NCBI GenBank assembly: GCA_963734545.1
Contig: CAVTHO010000004.1
Location: 544,001-608,000 of the forward strand
Reading direction: 5' to 3'
Length of the DNA: 64,000 nucleotides
Source of the DNA: an uncultured Spirochaetota bacterium
GTDB lineage: Bacteria; Spirochaetota; Spirochaetia; SZUA-6; Fen-1364
Position 1 is the first letter of the stretch; the number at the start of each line of letters is the position of its first letter. The notes beneath the pieces were generated by a model. That model saw only the letters and a program-made list of their open reading frames with translations, made no database searches and was not told where the DNA came from. The position numbers and the translations under genes were made by a program. Positions 10,437 through 19,813 of this stretch are shown one piece after another.

Positions 10437-11845
10437 GCGATCTTCTGCTTCTGGTCCCGTTCCTTGCCCTCATCGCGCTGAATCTTATGCCCAAGAGCGC
10501 ACGCGCGGCTCCCTTCGTCCTGTGCCTCCTGATCTTCGCCCTCCAGACAGGCGTGGCTGCTTTGCAGCCGTTCCACGTGATCGACTGGTCGTTCCTGTCA
10601 CCCCTGGAGAAGGCGGTCGGCTTCACCCTGGTGGTGGACAACCTCGCCGTCCTGCTCCTGCTCACCACCGGAATTGCGGGGCTTGCGGCAATCCTTGTCG
10701 GCCGCGCGACACTCAAGGAGCCCCGGTCACAGTCGGTATTCGCGAGCCTGCTTCTTGTCGCGCTCATCGGGATCAACGGCATCGCGATGGTGCGCGATCT
10801 GTTCACGCTTTTCGTATTCGTCGAGGTGACCTCCGTGGCGGCCGTCATCCTCGTCACTCTTCGCGAGGGCCAGGGCGGATTCGAGGGGGCGTGGAAGTAC
10901 CTGCTCCTTTCGTCGATAGCGAGCGTATTCATGCTCGCCTCCATCGGGTTCTTCCTCCTGGCCGCGGGCGGCATCACGTTCGAGCAGACGGCCGCGGCGC
11001 TTGCCGCGCCCGCGCCGCTTGCCTGGGTCGCGGCTGCCCTCTTCATGTGCGGCCTGTTCGTGAAGGGTGCCATGATCCCCTTTCACGGGTGGCTGGCGGA
11101 TGCCTACACTGCCGCCCCGGCGCCCGTGTCTGTTTTTCTTGCCGGTATCGTGACCAAGGCATCGGGCATCTTCGCGCTGATGCGCCTCATGCCTTCGATC
11201 GTCGAAACCACGGGGCCCCTGCGGGAAATCATGCTGGTTGCCGGAGCCCTGGCGGCCGTGGGGGGCGCTTTTCTTGCCCTGGGCCAGACCGACATGAAGA
11301 GGATGCTGGCCTATTCCAGCATCAGTCAGATGGGGTACATCGTGATGGCGCTCGGCGGTGAGCCCTCGCTCGCCGTGCTGGCCGCCGCCTTTCATTTCTT
11401 CAATCACACGGTGTCCAAGGCCCAGCTTTTCGCCAATGCCGCCGCGGTGGAGAAGAGCCTGGGCACGCGCGACATGGATCGCATGGGAGGGATCGCGGCG
11501 CGGATGCCGGTCACGGGGGCCACGACCGCGGTGGCAACGCTCTCCATCGCGGGTCTGCCTCCCCTGGCGGGATTCTGGAGCAAGCTGCTGGTGGTGATCG
11601 CGCTGTGGAACGGCGGGCAGCGGGTCTTTGCCGTGATCGCCATACTGACGAGCCTGGTCACCCTCGGCTATTTCCTCGTTCTGCAGAGAAAGGTATTCTT
11701 CGGCAGGATTCTGCCCGAATGGGAGGGCGTGCGGGAGCCGGGTGCGGCCCTTCTCGTTCCGGTCATCGCCCTTGCCCTGATCACGGTGGCGGTCGGCATC
11801 GGGTTCCCATTCCTCCTGCCCCTGCTGCTCGGAGGCGGCGTATGA
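10433..11845 (+). CDS. hydrogenase-1 antiporter-like subunit (MrpD/NuoN/NuoM-like)
   Basis: FVEVTS, KGAMIPFHGWLADAY, KRMLAYSSISQMG, PPLAGFWSK. Confidence 0.85.
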   Translation: MSDLLLLVPFLALIALNLMPKSARAAPFVLCLLIFALQTGVAALQPFHVIDWSFLSPLEKAVGFTLVVDNLAVLLLLTTGIAGLAAILVGRATLKEPRSQSVFASLLLVALIGINGIAMVRDLFTLFVFVEVTSVAAVILVTLREGQGGFEGAWKYLLLSSIASVFMLASIGFFLLAAGGITFEQTAAALAAPAPLAWVAAALFMCGLFVKGAMIPFHGWLADAYTAAPAPVSVFLAGIVTKASGIFALMRLMPSIVETTGPLREIMLVAGALAAVGGAFLALGQTDMKRMLAYSSISQMGYIVMALGGEPSLAVLAAAFHFFNHTVSKAQLFANAAAVEKSLGTRDMDRMGGIAARMPVTGATTAVATLSIAGLPPLAGFWSKLLVVIALWNGGQRVFAVIAILTSLVTLGYFLVLQRKVFFGRILPEWEGVREPGAALLVPVIALALITVAVGIGFPFLLPLLLGGGV

Positions 11846-12336
11846 CGCTCATCACGATCCTGCTCGTCCTTCTGGTAATCGCGGCGCTCTGGGCCTCCAT
11901 GACGACCCTTCTCCTGCGCGCCACGATCGCCCTTGCCCTGACAAGCGCCCTCCTCGCGGTGGTGATGTACAGCATGGGGGCGACCCTCGCCGCCGTGTTC
12001 GAGCTCTCCGTCTGCGCGGGGCTCATCTCCGTGGTATTCGTGAGCGTGATCAGCCTCACCCAGCGCAAGCCGTTCAAGGAATACGTCGTGCGCCGGATGA
12101 GCAGGCTCCGGAGATTCTGGCCGCTCCCGCTGGTCCTGATCGCCATCGGGTTCGGCCTGTCCTTCGTGCATGTCCCGGTCCAGATCGTCCTGCCGCTGCC
12201 CGGCGGTGACGGTGACGTGCGGACCGTTCTGTGGAACCTGCGGCAGCTCGACCTGTTCGGCCAGATCCTGATGCTGGTGGCCGGGGTGTTCGGGGTGCTG
12301 GTATTGTTCAAGGGAGAGGGGAAAGATGCTGATTGA
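11842..12336 (+). CDS. hydrogenase-1 membrane subunit, NuoJ-like
   Basis: Hydrophobic; AAVFELSVCAG and LWNLRQLDLFGQ; operon position. Confidence 0.7.
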   Translation: MTLITILLVLLVIAALWASMTTLLLRATIALALTSALLAVVMYSMGATLAAVFELSVCAGLISVVFVSVISLTQRKPFKEYVVRRMSRLRRFWPLPLVLIAIGFGLSFVHVPVQIVLPLPGGDGDVRTVLWNLRQLDLFGQILMLVAGVFGVLVLFKGEGKDAD

Positions 12337-12646
12337 GATCCCGCAGTCGTTCTGGCTGTACTTCATCTTCTTTGTCCTGCTCCTGGTGGACGGCCTCTGG
12401 TGCATGCTGGCCACCTACAACCTCCTGCGCATCCTCATCGGCCTGGAGGTCCTCATGAAATCGGTGACGTTCTTCCTGATCGTCGCCGGGTACCTCAGCG
12501 GCCGCATGGCCCTGGCCCAGGCAATGGTGATCACGGTGATCGTCATAGAGGTGGTGGTCGTGGTGGCCGCCGCCGGGATCATTCTCGGGTTCTTCCGCAA
12601 GAACGACTCGCTGAACATCCGCAACACGCGGGATCTGAAAGGCTGA
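12326..12646 (+). CDS. hydrogenase-1 membrane subunit, NuoK/MrpC-like
   Basis: 106 aa, three hydrophobic segments, NLLRILIGLEVL. Confidence 0.8.
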   Translation: MLIEIPQSFWLYFIFFVLLLVDGLWCMLATYNLLRILIGLEVLMKSVTFFLIVAGYLSGRMALAQAMVITVIVIEVVVVVAAAGIILGFFRKNDSLNIRNTRDLKG

Positions 12647-12649
12647 CCG

Positions 12650-12982
12650 ATGTCGACATTCCTTCTCGTGCCGCCCGTTGCCCTGACTCTCGTGGTGCTG
12701 GTCGTCTGGGCCCTCTCCGGCGCATCGGGCACGCTCGGCTTCAAGAGGAAAGGGGCGCGGGGCGCGCTGGACAAGCCCTATGCCGGCGGGGAGACCATCC
12801 AGAGTCACCGTGTCCAGGTGGACTACGGGCAGTTCTTTCCGTTCGCCTTCTTCTTTACGATCCTGCACGTGGTCACGCTGGTCGTGGCAACGTCCCCCGC
12901 GCGCACGCTGGAGAGCCTCGCGATTGCACTCATCTATGTCCTGGGCGCGCTGCTGAGTCTTTTCATACTGTTCCGGAGGTAA
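12650..12982 (+). CDS. hydrogenase-1 membrane subunit, NuoA-like
   Basis: 110 aa; KPYAGGE loop followed by FAFFFTILHV. Confidence 0.7.
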   Translation: MSTFLLVPPVALTLVVLVVWALSGASGTLGFKRKGARGALDKPYAGGETIQSHRVQVDYGQFFPFAFFFTILHVVTLVVATSPARTLESLAIALIYVLGALLSLFILFRR

Positions 12983-12991
12983 CTCACGCCG

Positions 12992-13429
12992 ATGAGCGTA
13001 TTCCATAGGATCGTGCGCTGGGCGCAGCGAAAGTCTCCCTGGATCCTTCACTTCAATACCGGCGCGTGCAATGCGTGCGACATCGAGATCATTGCCGCCC
13101 TGACGCCGCGCTTCGACCTGGAGCGGCTGGGCGTCCAGCTCAAGGGCACGCCCCGGCATTGCGACATCATGGCCTGCTCGGGTCCCGTCACCAAGCAGGT
13201 GAAGGACAGGCTCGTGCGCATCTACGAGCAGGTGCCGGAGCCGAAGATCGTGGTGGCCGTCGGCACCTGCGCAACGAGCGGCGGAGTGTTCAACGGTCTT
13301 TACAACGTCGAGGGGGGAATCGACCAGGCCATACCGGTGACCGCCTATATCCCCGGCTGCCCCGCGAGCCCGCAGGCGATCATCGACGGCTTTGTGAAGC
13401 TCCTCAAGAGCCTCGAGGAAAAGAAATGA
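12992..13429 (+). CDS. group 4 [NiFe]-hydrogenase small subunit (NuoB homolog)
   Basis: GACNACDIE, VGTCA and PGCP Fe-S ligands. Confidence 0.9.
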   Translation: MSVFHRIVRWAQRKSPWILHFNTGACNACDIEIIAALTPRFDLERLGVQLKGTPRHCDIMACSGPVTKQVKDRLVRIYEQVPEPKIVVAVGTCATSGGVFNGLYNVEGGIDQAIPVTAYIPGCPASPQAIIDGFVKLLKSLEEKK

Positions 13430-13908
13430 GTGACGTACAGGCAATCGCCGCGGAGCTGCAATCCAGGTTCTCCCTCCCGGAGGGCGCCCTCAAGGTGCAG
13501 CGAGCCACCCGGTTGTGGATCGAGATGGACCGGGAATTGTTCCCGGCCGTGTTCGATCACCTGGTGAAGGAAATGGGGTTCTCCATCCTGTGCACGATCA
13601 CGGGGCTGGACCTGGGCGCCGACCTCGGATTCATCTACCACCTGGCAAAGGACGGCGGCATCATGGCCAATCTGAAGACACGCTGCCCCAAGGGGGAGTC
13701 CATCGGGACGATCACCGCGTACTTCCCGGGCGCCGACATCTACGAGCGCGAGCTCATGGACCTGCTGGGCGCGCGCATCGAAGGCCTGGGTCCCGGTGTC
13801 CGCTACCCGCTTCCCGAGGATTGGCCCGAAGGGGATCATCCGCTCCTGAAGGATTGGAAGGCGAAGACCGCCGCGGTTGCAGAGAAAGGAGCGCAGGTTG
13901 ATGAGTGA
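13426..13908 (+). CDS. hydrogenase-1 NuoC-like subunit
   Basis: ITGLD, IYHL, YERELMDLLG, HPLLKDW. Confidence 0.85.
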   Translation: MSDVQAIAAELQSRFSLPEGALKVQRATRLWIEMDRELFPAVFDHLVKEMGFSILCTITGLDLGADLGFIYHLAKDGGIMANLKTRCPKGESIGTITAYFPGADIYERELMDLLGARIEGLGPGVRYPLPEDWPEGDHPLLKDWKAKTAAVAEKGAQVDE

Positions 13909-15133
13909 CAGCGACAGGGTCGTCACGGTACCCATCGGGCCGCAGCATCCGGCCCTGAAAGAGCCGGAGAGCTTCATGGTGGACCTCCGCGGGGAGAAGA
14001 TCGACGCGGTGCGCATGCGCTTCGGCTACAACCACAGGGGCATCGAGAAGGGCTGCGAGCAGCGCTCCTACACGCAGGACCTCTACCTGGTCGAGCGCGT
14101 CTGCGGCATCTGCTCATACTCCCACTCCACCGCCTTCGTGCAGGCCGTGGAGGAGATCGCGGGTCTGGAGCTTCCCCGGCGCGCAAGCTACATACGGACG
14201 ATCATTGCGGAGCTGGAAAGGGTCCACAGCCACCTGCTGTGGCTCGGCGTGGCGGGCCACGAAATCGGCTTCGACACCCTGCTCATGTACACCTGGCGCG
14301 ACCGCGAGCAGGTGATGATCCTCCTGGCGCGTCTCACGGGCAACAGGGTCAATTACGGAATGAACACGGTGGGCGGAGTGCGCCGCGACATCGCCCCGGA
14401 GATGATCCCCGAGATCCTCAAGGTGGTGGACTCGCTGGAGGAGCGGACAAAGTACTACATCAACCTCGCGCAGAGCGAACAGACCCTGGTGCAGCGCCTG
14501 TCGGGTGTCGGCAAGCTCACGAAGGAGGATGCGCTGCGGCTGGGCACGGTCGGCCCGACCGCCCGCGCATCCGGCATGGACCGGGACACCCGGCGCGACG
14601 ATCCCTATGCGGCGTATCGCGAGGTGAGCTTCAAGGTGATCACGGACACCCACTGCGATGTGTACGGCAGGACGGTCGTGCGGCTCGGCGAGCTCCTGGA
14701 GTCCTTCTCCATCATCCGCCAGCTCGTGAAGAACCTCCCTGACGGGCCCATCGCCATAAAGGCCCCCCGCCGCATCCCCGAAGGGGAAGCGGTGAGCCGC
14801 TACGAGGCGCCGCGCGGGGAAGACGTGCACTACGTGCGGGGCAACGGCTCGGAGAAACCCGAGCGCGTGAAAGTGAGGGCCCCTACCCTGGCCAACACCC
14901 AGTCGGTGTCGAAGATGCTGGAAGACGGCTACCTGGCCGACCTGCCCATCGTCATTGCGGCCATCGACCCGTGTTTCTCGTGCACGGACCGCATGGTCTC
15001 CCTGCGGGACAGCGACATGAATGAAGGCCGCACCTTGAGCTGGGAAGAGGTCTCCCGGTACGGAATCGAATGGCACAGGGCGCGCGGCATCGATTTCTCA
15101 CGGGTCCGGATCCCGGGAGGCGCCGGCGCATGA
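13901..15133 (+). CDS. group 4 [NiFe]-hydrogenase large subunit
   Basis: GPQHP, L1 ERVCGIC and L2 DPCFSCTDR (all four metal-binding Cys), plus a C-terminal extension. Confidence 0.93.
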   Translation: MSDSDRVVTVPIGPQHPALKEPESFMVDLRGEKIDAVRMRFGYNHRGIEKGCEQRSYTQDLYLVERVCGICSYSHSTAFVQAVEEIAGLELPRRASYIRTIIAELERVHSHLLWLGVAGHEIGFDTLLMYTWRDREQVMILLARLTGNRVNYGMNTVGGVRRDIAPEMIPEILKVVDSLEERTKYYINLAQSEQTLVQRLSGVGKLTKEDALRLGTVGPTARASGMDRDTRRDDPYAAYREVSFKVITDTHCDVYGRTVVRLGELLESFSIIRQLVKNLPDGPIAIKAPRRIPEGEAVSRYEAPRGEDVHYVRGNGSEKPERVKVRAPTLANTQSVSKMLEDGYLADLPIVIAAIDPCFSCTDRMVSLRDSDMNEGRTLSWEEVSRYGIEWHRARGIDFSRVRIPGGAGA

Positions 15134-16071
15134 ACGTTCTTCTGGACCTGCTGCGCATCCTCGTTTTCCCCGGCATGATTTTCCTGGTCCTCATGGGAAT
15201 GGCGGGCCAGTATGTGGACAGGAAGCTGTACGCGCGGCTGCAGAACCGGGTCGGCCCTCCCTGGTACCAGCCCGTTGCGGACCTGTTCAAGCTGCTGGGA
15301 AAGGAGTCCGTGATTCCGGAAGAGGCGGATCGGGGAATGTTCCGCATTGCCCCGGTATTCGCGCTTGCCGCGGTCATCACCGCTTTCCTCTACATCCCGC
15401 TCTGGAACACCGCGCCGGTGCTCTCCTTCCAGGGAGACCTCGTCGTGGTGCTGTATCTCCTCCTCATCCCCACGCTGACCTTCTTCCTGGGCGGCTGGTA
15501 CTCGCGCTCGATCTTCTCCACGCTCGGCGCCGTGCGCTCCATCACGCAGCTCTTTGCCTACGAGATCCCCCTCCTGATCGCCCTGTTCTCCCCGGCTCTT
15601 CTTGCCAACACGTGGTCCATCGCCGGCGTGGCGGAGTACTACGGGGAGCATCCCTACCGGTGGCTCTTCAATCTCATCGGATTCGGCGTGGCGCTGATCA
15701 CGCTCCTGGGCAAGCTGGAGCGCGTGCCTTTCGACGCCCCCGAGGCGGAGACCGAGATCGTGGCGGGAAGCTTCACCGAGTACAGCGGCAGGCACCTGGC
15801 CTTCTTCCGCCTGGCCATCGACTCGGAAGCCATCGCTTCCTCCTCCCTCCTGGCCGCCGTGTTCCTCCCGTTCGGCCTCTGGCTCCCCTGGTACCTGGGT
15901 GTCCCGATCTACCTGGCCAAGGTGGCGGGAATCCTCGCGGTCCTGGCCCTGCTGCGCACCGTGTTCGCGCGCCTGCGCATGGACCAGATGATCAACTTCT
16001 GCTGGCGCTACGTGGCCCCCATTGCTTTCCTGCAGGTAATCATCGACCTTGTCATTAAGGAGTTCATCTGA
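15130..16071 (+). CDS. hydrogenase-1 NuoH-like membrane subunit
   Basis: RKLYARLQNRVGP, QPVADLFKLLGKE, PFDAPEAETEIVAGSFTEYSG. Confidence 0.9.
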   Translation: MNVLLDLLRILVFPGMIFLVLMGMAGQYVDRKLYARLQNRVGPPWYQPVADLFKLLGKESVIPEEADRGMFRIAPVFALAAVITAFLYIPLWNTAPVLSFQGDLVVVLYLLLIPTLTFFLGGWYSRSIFSTLGAVRSITQLFAYEIPLLIALFSPALLANTWSIAGVAEYYGEHPYRWLFNLIGFGVALITLLGKLERVPFDAPEAETEIVAGSFTEYSGRHLAFFRLAIDSEAIASSSLLAAVFLPFGLWLPWYLGVPIYLAKVAGILAVLALLRTVFARLRMDQMINFCWRYVAPIAFLQVIIDLVIKEFI

Positions 16072-16475
16072 TGGACGGAAAAAAAGCGCGCCCCGGCGAA
16101 ATGATACTCTCCGTGCTCGGTTCTCTCTTCAAGAAACCGGCCACCATGCGGTACCCCTTCGAGAAATTCAGGATGCCGGATCACTTCCGCGGCCAGCCGA
16201 AGTTCAAATCGGAGCTCTGCACCGGCTGCCGTCTGTGCATCCGCGACTGCCCCTCGCAGGCCATCACGATCACAAAGATCGGCGAGAAGAAATTCGAGGC
16301 CTCCATCGACCTGGGCAAGTGCGTCTACTGCGCTCAATGCGCGGAGACCTGCCCGCGCAAGGTGATCGACATCACCACCGAGTTCGAGCTCACCCAGCTC
16401 GTGCGGGGACAATTGAAAGTGGTATTCCATGCCGACACCTCTAAGGCATGCACTGAAGAAAGCGCTGGAGGCTGA
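16071..16475 (+). CDS. hydrogenase-1 2x[4Fe-4S] subunit (NuoI-like)
   Basis: CTGCRLCIRDCP and CVYCAQCAETCP. Confidence 0.9.
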   Translation: MDGKKARPGEMILSVLGSLFKKPATMRYPFEKFRMPDHFRGQPKFKSELCTGCRLCIRDCPSQAITITKIGEKKFEASIDLGKCVYCAQCAETCPRKVIDITTEFELTQLVRGQLKVVFHADTSKACTEESAGG

Positions 16476-16935
16476 CCGGCAGTCATGGCGCGCCGGCGGC
16501 AGGCCGGTGGTCGTGCTGGGGGTCGGCTCCGAGCTTCGTTCCGATGACGCGGCCGGAGTACGCGTGGCGGCGGAGCTTGCCCGGGCTTCACTTCCCGGCG
16601 TGCGCGCGCTGGACGGCGGGTCGGCGCCGGAGAACTGCACCGCCGAGATCCGCCAGCTCGCTCCTTCCCATCTCATCATCGTGGACTCCGCGCACATGCA
16701 GGAACCGCCCGGCACGGTCCGGCTCATCGAGTCGGCCGACATCAGCGGCGCATCATTCGGCACGCACTCACTTCCCCTGAGCGTCCTGGCGGACTACATA
16801 CAGCGCGAGATCGGGTGCCGGGTGACGGTCATCGGCATCCAGCCCCTTTCCATCGAATTCGGTGAAGGGATGTCGCCCGAGGTCTCCGCGGCGGTGCGGG
16901 AAACGGCCCAGGCCCTTCGGGAGTGCCTTGGGTAG
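16429..16935 (+). CDS. hycI: hydrogenase maturation endopeptidase (HycI type)
   Basis: LGVGSELRSDDAAG, APEN, IIVDS, THSLPL, IGIQP. Confidence 0.88.
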   Translation: MPTPLRHALKKALEADRQSWRAGGRPVVVLGVGSELRSDDAAGVRVAAELARASLPGVRALDGGSAPENCTAEIRQLAPSHLIIVDSAHMQEPPGTVRLIESADISGASFGTHSLPLSVLADYIQREIGCRVTVIGIQPLSIEFGEGMSPEVSAAVRETAQALRECLG

Positions 16936-16954
16936 CTCTGGAAAAGCGCCTACG

Positions 16955-17076
16955 CACGGAATACCACCGCCACGGTATTCCGTGGCATTTTGGGTGCACG
17001 GCGCGAGCACGGAATGCGGAGTACCGCTCTAATCACCAGGGCGGAGTACCGCCGGGCATGATTAGTACCGTGCTCG
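16955..17076. other. structured intergenic element (11-bp hairpin plus nested multibranch fold)
   Basis: CACGGAATACC/GGTATTCCGTG; CGAGCACGG/CCGTGCTCG; CTAATCA/TGATTAG; two GCGG-AGTA-CCGC hairpins. Confidence 0.65.
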
Positions 17077-17079
17077 GGC

Positions 17080-17109
17080 TTGACGGCGGTCGCGGAGTCC
17101 CGTTATCCT
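17080..17109 (+). promoter_or_regulatory. putative promoter of the A/V-ATPase operon
   Basis: TTGACG-18 bp-TATCCT. Confidence 0.45.
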
Positions 17110-17140
17110 GTGTTCCTCGCCTCTCTCTTTGGTGAACATT

Positions 17141-17494
17141 ATGGCAAAGAAGAAACAGCGCGAAAAACAGGAGCTCGAGTCACTCATTCCATCGATCAGG
17201 AGCGCGGAGAAGACCCTCGACGACCTGCTGGAAGGCGCGCGCGCCGAGGCGGCAGAGCTGATCCAGAGCACGGAAACCGAGGCGGCCCGGCGCATCCAGC
17301 GCGGCAGGGAAGGGATCCCGGGTCTTCTCGCCCGTGAAAGGGAATCGCGCATGGTCTCCCTCCGCGCCCGGGCCGCGGAAGTGCTGGAGGAGGGGCGGGA
17401 GGAGAACAGCCGGCTGGAAAAGAAAGCGGCTGAGAGCATGGGGGCGGCAGTGGCGCTGATCGTCTCCCGGGTGTGGCCGGGAGCGAAGAAGTGA
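17141..17494 (+). CDS. A/V-type ATPase subunit G/H (peripheral stalk)
   Basis: Charged helical ~117 aa protein, first gene of the operon. Confidence 0.7.
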   Translation: MAKKKQREKQELESLIPSIRSAEKTLDDLLEGARAEAAELIQSTETEAARRIQRGREGIPGLLARERESRMVSLRARAAEVLEEGREENSRLEKKAAESMGAAVALIVSRVWPGAKK

Positions 17495-19476
17495 TCAGTG
17501 ACATGGCCGCGGTGGAGATCCTGGGCCCGATCGAGCTCTTCCACGCATCCGTGGACCTGATCCAGGACTCCGGAAGCCTGCACATCGTGGAAGCGCCCCG
17601 GGCAGCGGCCGGCCGCGGGGAGTTCCTCGACAGGATACATCTCACCGAGACGCAGGCGCAGGAACGGGACGCCTATGCCAGAAGCTTCGACGCGCTCAAA
17701 GAGATGACCGCGGAGATCCCCGCCCACATCGTGCGGGAACAAGGGTCCACCGGCGACGTCGAACCAATCTACACGCGCATCACGGGGGAGCCGCTGGATG
17801 CGCTTTCCGCCCGGGTCAGGACCCTGCATGCGAAGGCGCGCTCGTATCTGCGCCGCGAGCGGAATCTCTCGGATGACATCAACTCCCTCATCGGCCACGA
17901 GCGCGTGCTCGCCGCATTCGCTCCGCTCGTGGAGACCCACGAGCTTCCCCGTGATTTCGAGATGATCGGCGTCGTCTTCGAGCGAAGGAACCGGCTGGCG
18001 CGGGACATGCTCCGGCGCGAAGTGGAAAGGCTCACCGCGGGGAATTTCCGTTTCATCGAGCAGCAGCTCGACGGGGGAAGGCTCTCCGTGCTCCTCGGGT
18101 TTCCCCGAAAGGATTCGACAAAGGTCCGGGCACTGGTTTCCAGCGCCGGCATCGGGGACATGCTCTTCCCCCGGCATCTCCGGGACAAGCCTTTCGAGGA
18201 AGCTTTCGCCGCCCTGCAGGACGAGCTGGCCACCCTCCGCCTGGGGCGCCGGGTGGTCAGGGAGCAGATGGAGCGCTTCTTCATGGAAAACGCCGCGGAG
18301 CTGATTGCGCGCCAGCGCCTCTGCCATGACCGCCTGGCCCAGTACGAGGCGCTCCCGAAGTTCGCCCGCACCCGGCACACGTTCATCATCCATGGCTGGG
18401 TCCTGCGCCAGGCGCTCGACGGCCTGATGGACGGTCTGGCCCGGATCTCGTCCCGCACGGTGGTGGTGCGCGAGATCCGCGCGCGTACCCTCGGGGTTCC
18501 TCCGGTGCGGCTGGAGAACGCCCCACCTGTCCGGTCCTTCGAGCCCCTTCTCTCCCTGCTCCCGCTGCCGAAGTACGGGACTCTCGACCCGACGATATTC
18601 CTGGCCACTTTCTTCCCGCCGATGTTCGGGCTGATGCTTGCGGATGCCGGCTACGGGGCGATCCTCCTCGCGGGCGCGGCGGTCATGTTCGCGGCAAGCC
18701 GGGCACGGAAGCGGTCGGGTTCGTCGCGCGCATCGGCGCTGCTGCGGAGCCTTTCCCTGATCGCCGCCTCCTGCGGATTCTTCACCACGGTATTCGGTCT
18801 CGTCTTCGGGGAGCTCTTCGGCGAGCTGGGCCGTTCATTCGGGCTGCACCCCCTCTGGCAGGAGCGGTTTTCCCTTGAGCCGGGACACACGGCGCCGACC
18901 ATCCTGGGGTACCTGATCATCGCCGTGGCCGTGGGATTATTGCAGATCCTGTTCGGCCTCGTGCTGGGAGTAATCAACGCCCGCAGGACAAAGGACGGGA
19001 ACATGGCGCTGGGCAACCTGGCCAGGATTGCCGGGATTGCCGTGCTCTTCTTTTTCGTCGGCCGGCTCGCGCGGGTCCTCCCCCCGATATTCACTTCTTT
19101 CGGCGTGGTCGCGCTCCTTGTGTTCCTCGTGCTCATGATCTATCAGACCGTGCGCCACCCCGCGCACGGCGCGCTGCTTCCCCTGGAAATCCTCAGCACG
19201 CTGGGCAATATCCTGTCCTATGCGCGGATCATGGCAATCGGCATGTCATCCGCCGTTCTTTCCCTGCTTGCCACCATGCTGGGGGGCATGGCGGGAAACC
19301 TCGTGCTTGCAGTGCTCATCGTGATTCTCGTGCACGCGCTGAACCTGACCCTCGGCATCATGGACCCGACCATCCAGGGCCTGCGCCTGCACTACGTGGA
19401 GTTCTTCTCGAAGTTCTACCTGGGAGGCGGCCAGCCGTTCGCCCCCTTCAAAAAACTCGGAGGTGTCCAGACATGA
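17491..19476 (+). CDS. A/V-type ATPase subunit I (a)
   Basis: PKYGTLDPT, FGLMLADAGYG, LSYARIMAIG (essential Arg), LRLHYVEFFSKFY. Confidence 0.93.
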   Translation: MISDMAAVEILGPIELFHASVDLIQDSGSLHIVEAPRAAAGRGEFLDRIHLTETQAQERDAYARSFDALKEMTAEIPAHIVREQGSTGDVEPIYTRITGEPLDALSARVRTLHAKARSYLRRERNLSDDINSLIGHERVLAAFAPLVETHELPRDFEMIGVVFERRNRLARDMLRREVERLTAGNFRFIEQQLDGGRLSVLLGFPRKDSTKVRALVSSAGIGDMLFPRHLRDKPFEEAFAALQDELATLRLGRRVVREQMERFFMENAAELIARQRLCHDRLAQYEALPKFARTRHTFIIHGWVLRQALDGLMDGLARISSRTVVVREIRARTLGVPPVRLENAPPVRSFEPLLSLLPLPKYGTLDPTIFLATFFPPMFGLMLADAGYGAILLAGAAVMFAASRARKRSGSSRASALLRSLSLIAASCGFFTTVFGLVFGELFGELGRSFGLHPLWQERFSLEPGHTAPTILGYLIIAVAVGLLQILFGLVLGVINARRTKDGNMALGNLARIAGIAVLFFFVGRLARVLPPIFTSFGVVALLVFLVLMIYQTVRHPAHGALLPLEILSTLGNILSYARIMAIGMSSAVLSLLATMLGGMAGNLVLAVLIVILVHALNLTLGIMDPTIQGLRLHYVEFFSKFYLGGGQPFAPFKKLGGVQT

Positions 19477-19808
19477 AAAGAAGAACGCTGCTCCTCGTCC
19501 TCATGCTTTTCAGCCTTTTCGCGGTCTCGGGATCCGTCTGGGCGCAGGAGCAGAAGGAACAGACGACGACTCAGGAGCCGAAGAAACGTGATATCACGGT
19601 GGGTCTCATTGCCGCTTCGGCGGCCATCGCGGTGGGGCTCTGCGCAATCGGCACAGGGCTCGCGCAGAGCAGGATCGGCGCAGCCGGCGCGGGAACCATC
19701 GCGGAGAAGCCCGAAGCGGCGGGCACGATCATCCTGCTTCTGGCCATCCCCGAAACCATGGTCATCCTCGGGTTCGTGGTGGCCATCGTCATGCTCTTCA
19801 CGCTCTGA
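19473..19808 (+). CDS. A/V-type ATPase proteolipid K/L (c), single hairpin with N-terminal signal peptide
   Basis: MKRR-hydrophobic-VWA leader; AQSRIGAAGAG...AIPETMVILG with the carrier Glu. Confidence 0.92.
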   Translation: MKRRTLLLVLMLFSLFAVSGSVWAQEQKEQTTTQEPKKRDITVGLIAASAAIAVGLCAIGTGLAQSRIGAAGAGTIAEKPEAAGTIILLLAIPETMVILGFVVAIVMLFTL

Positions 19809-19813
19809 CTCCA

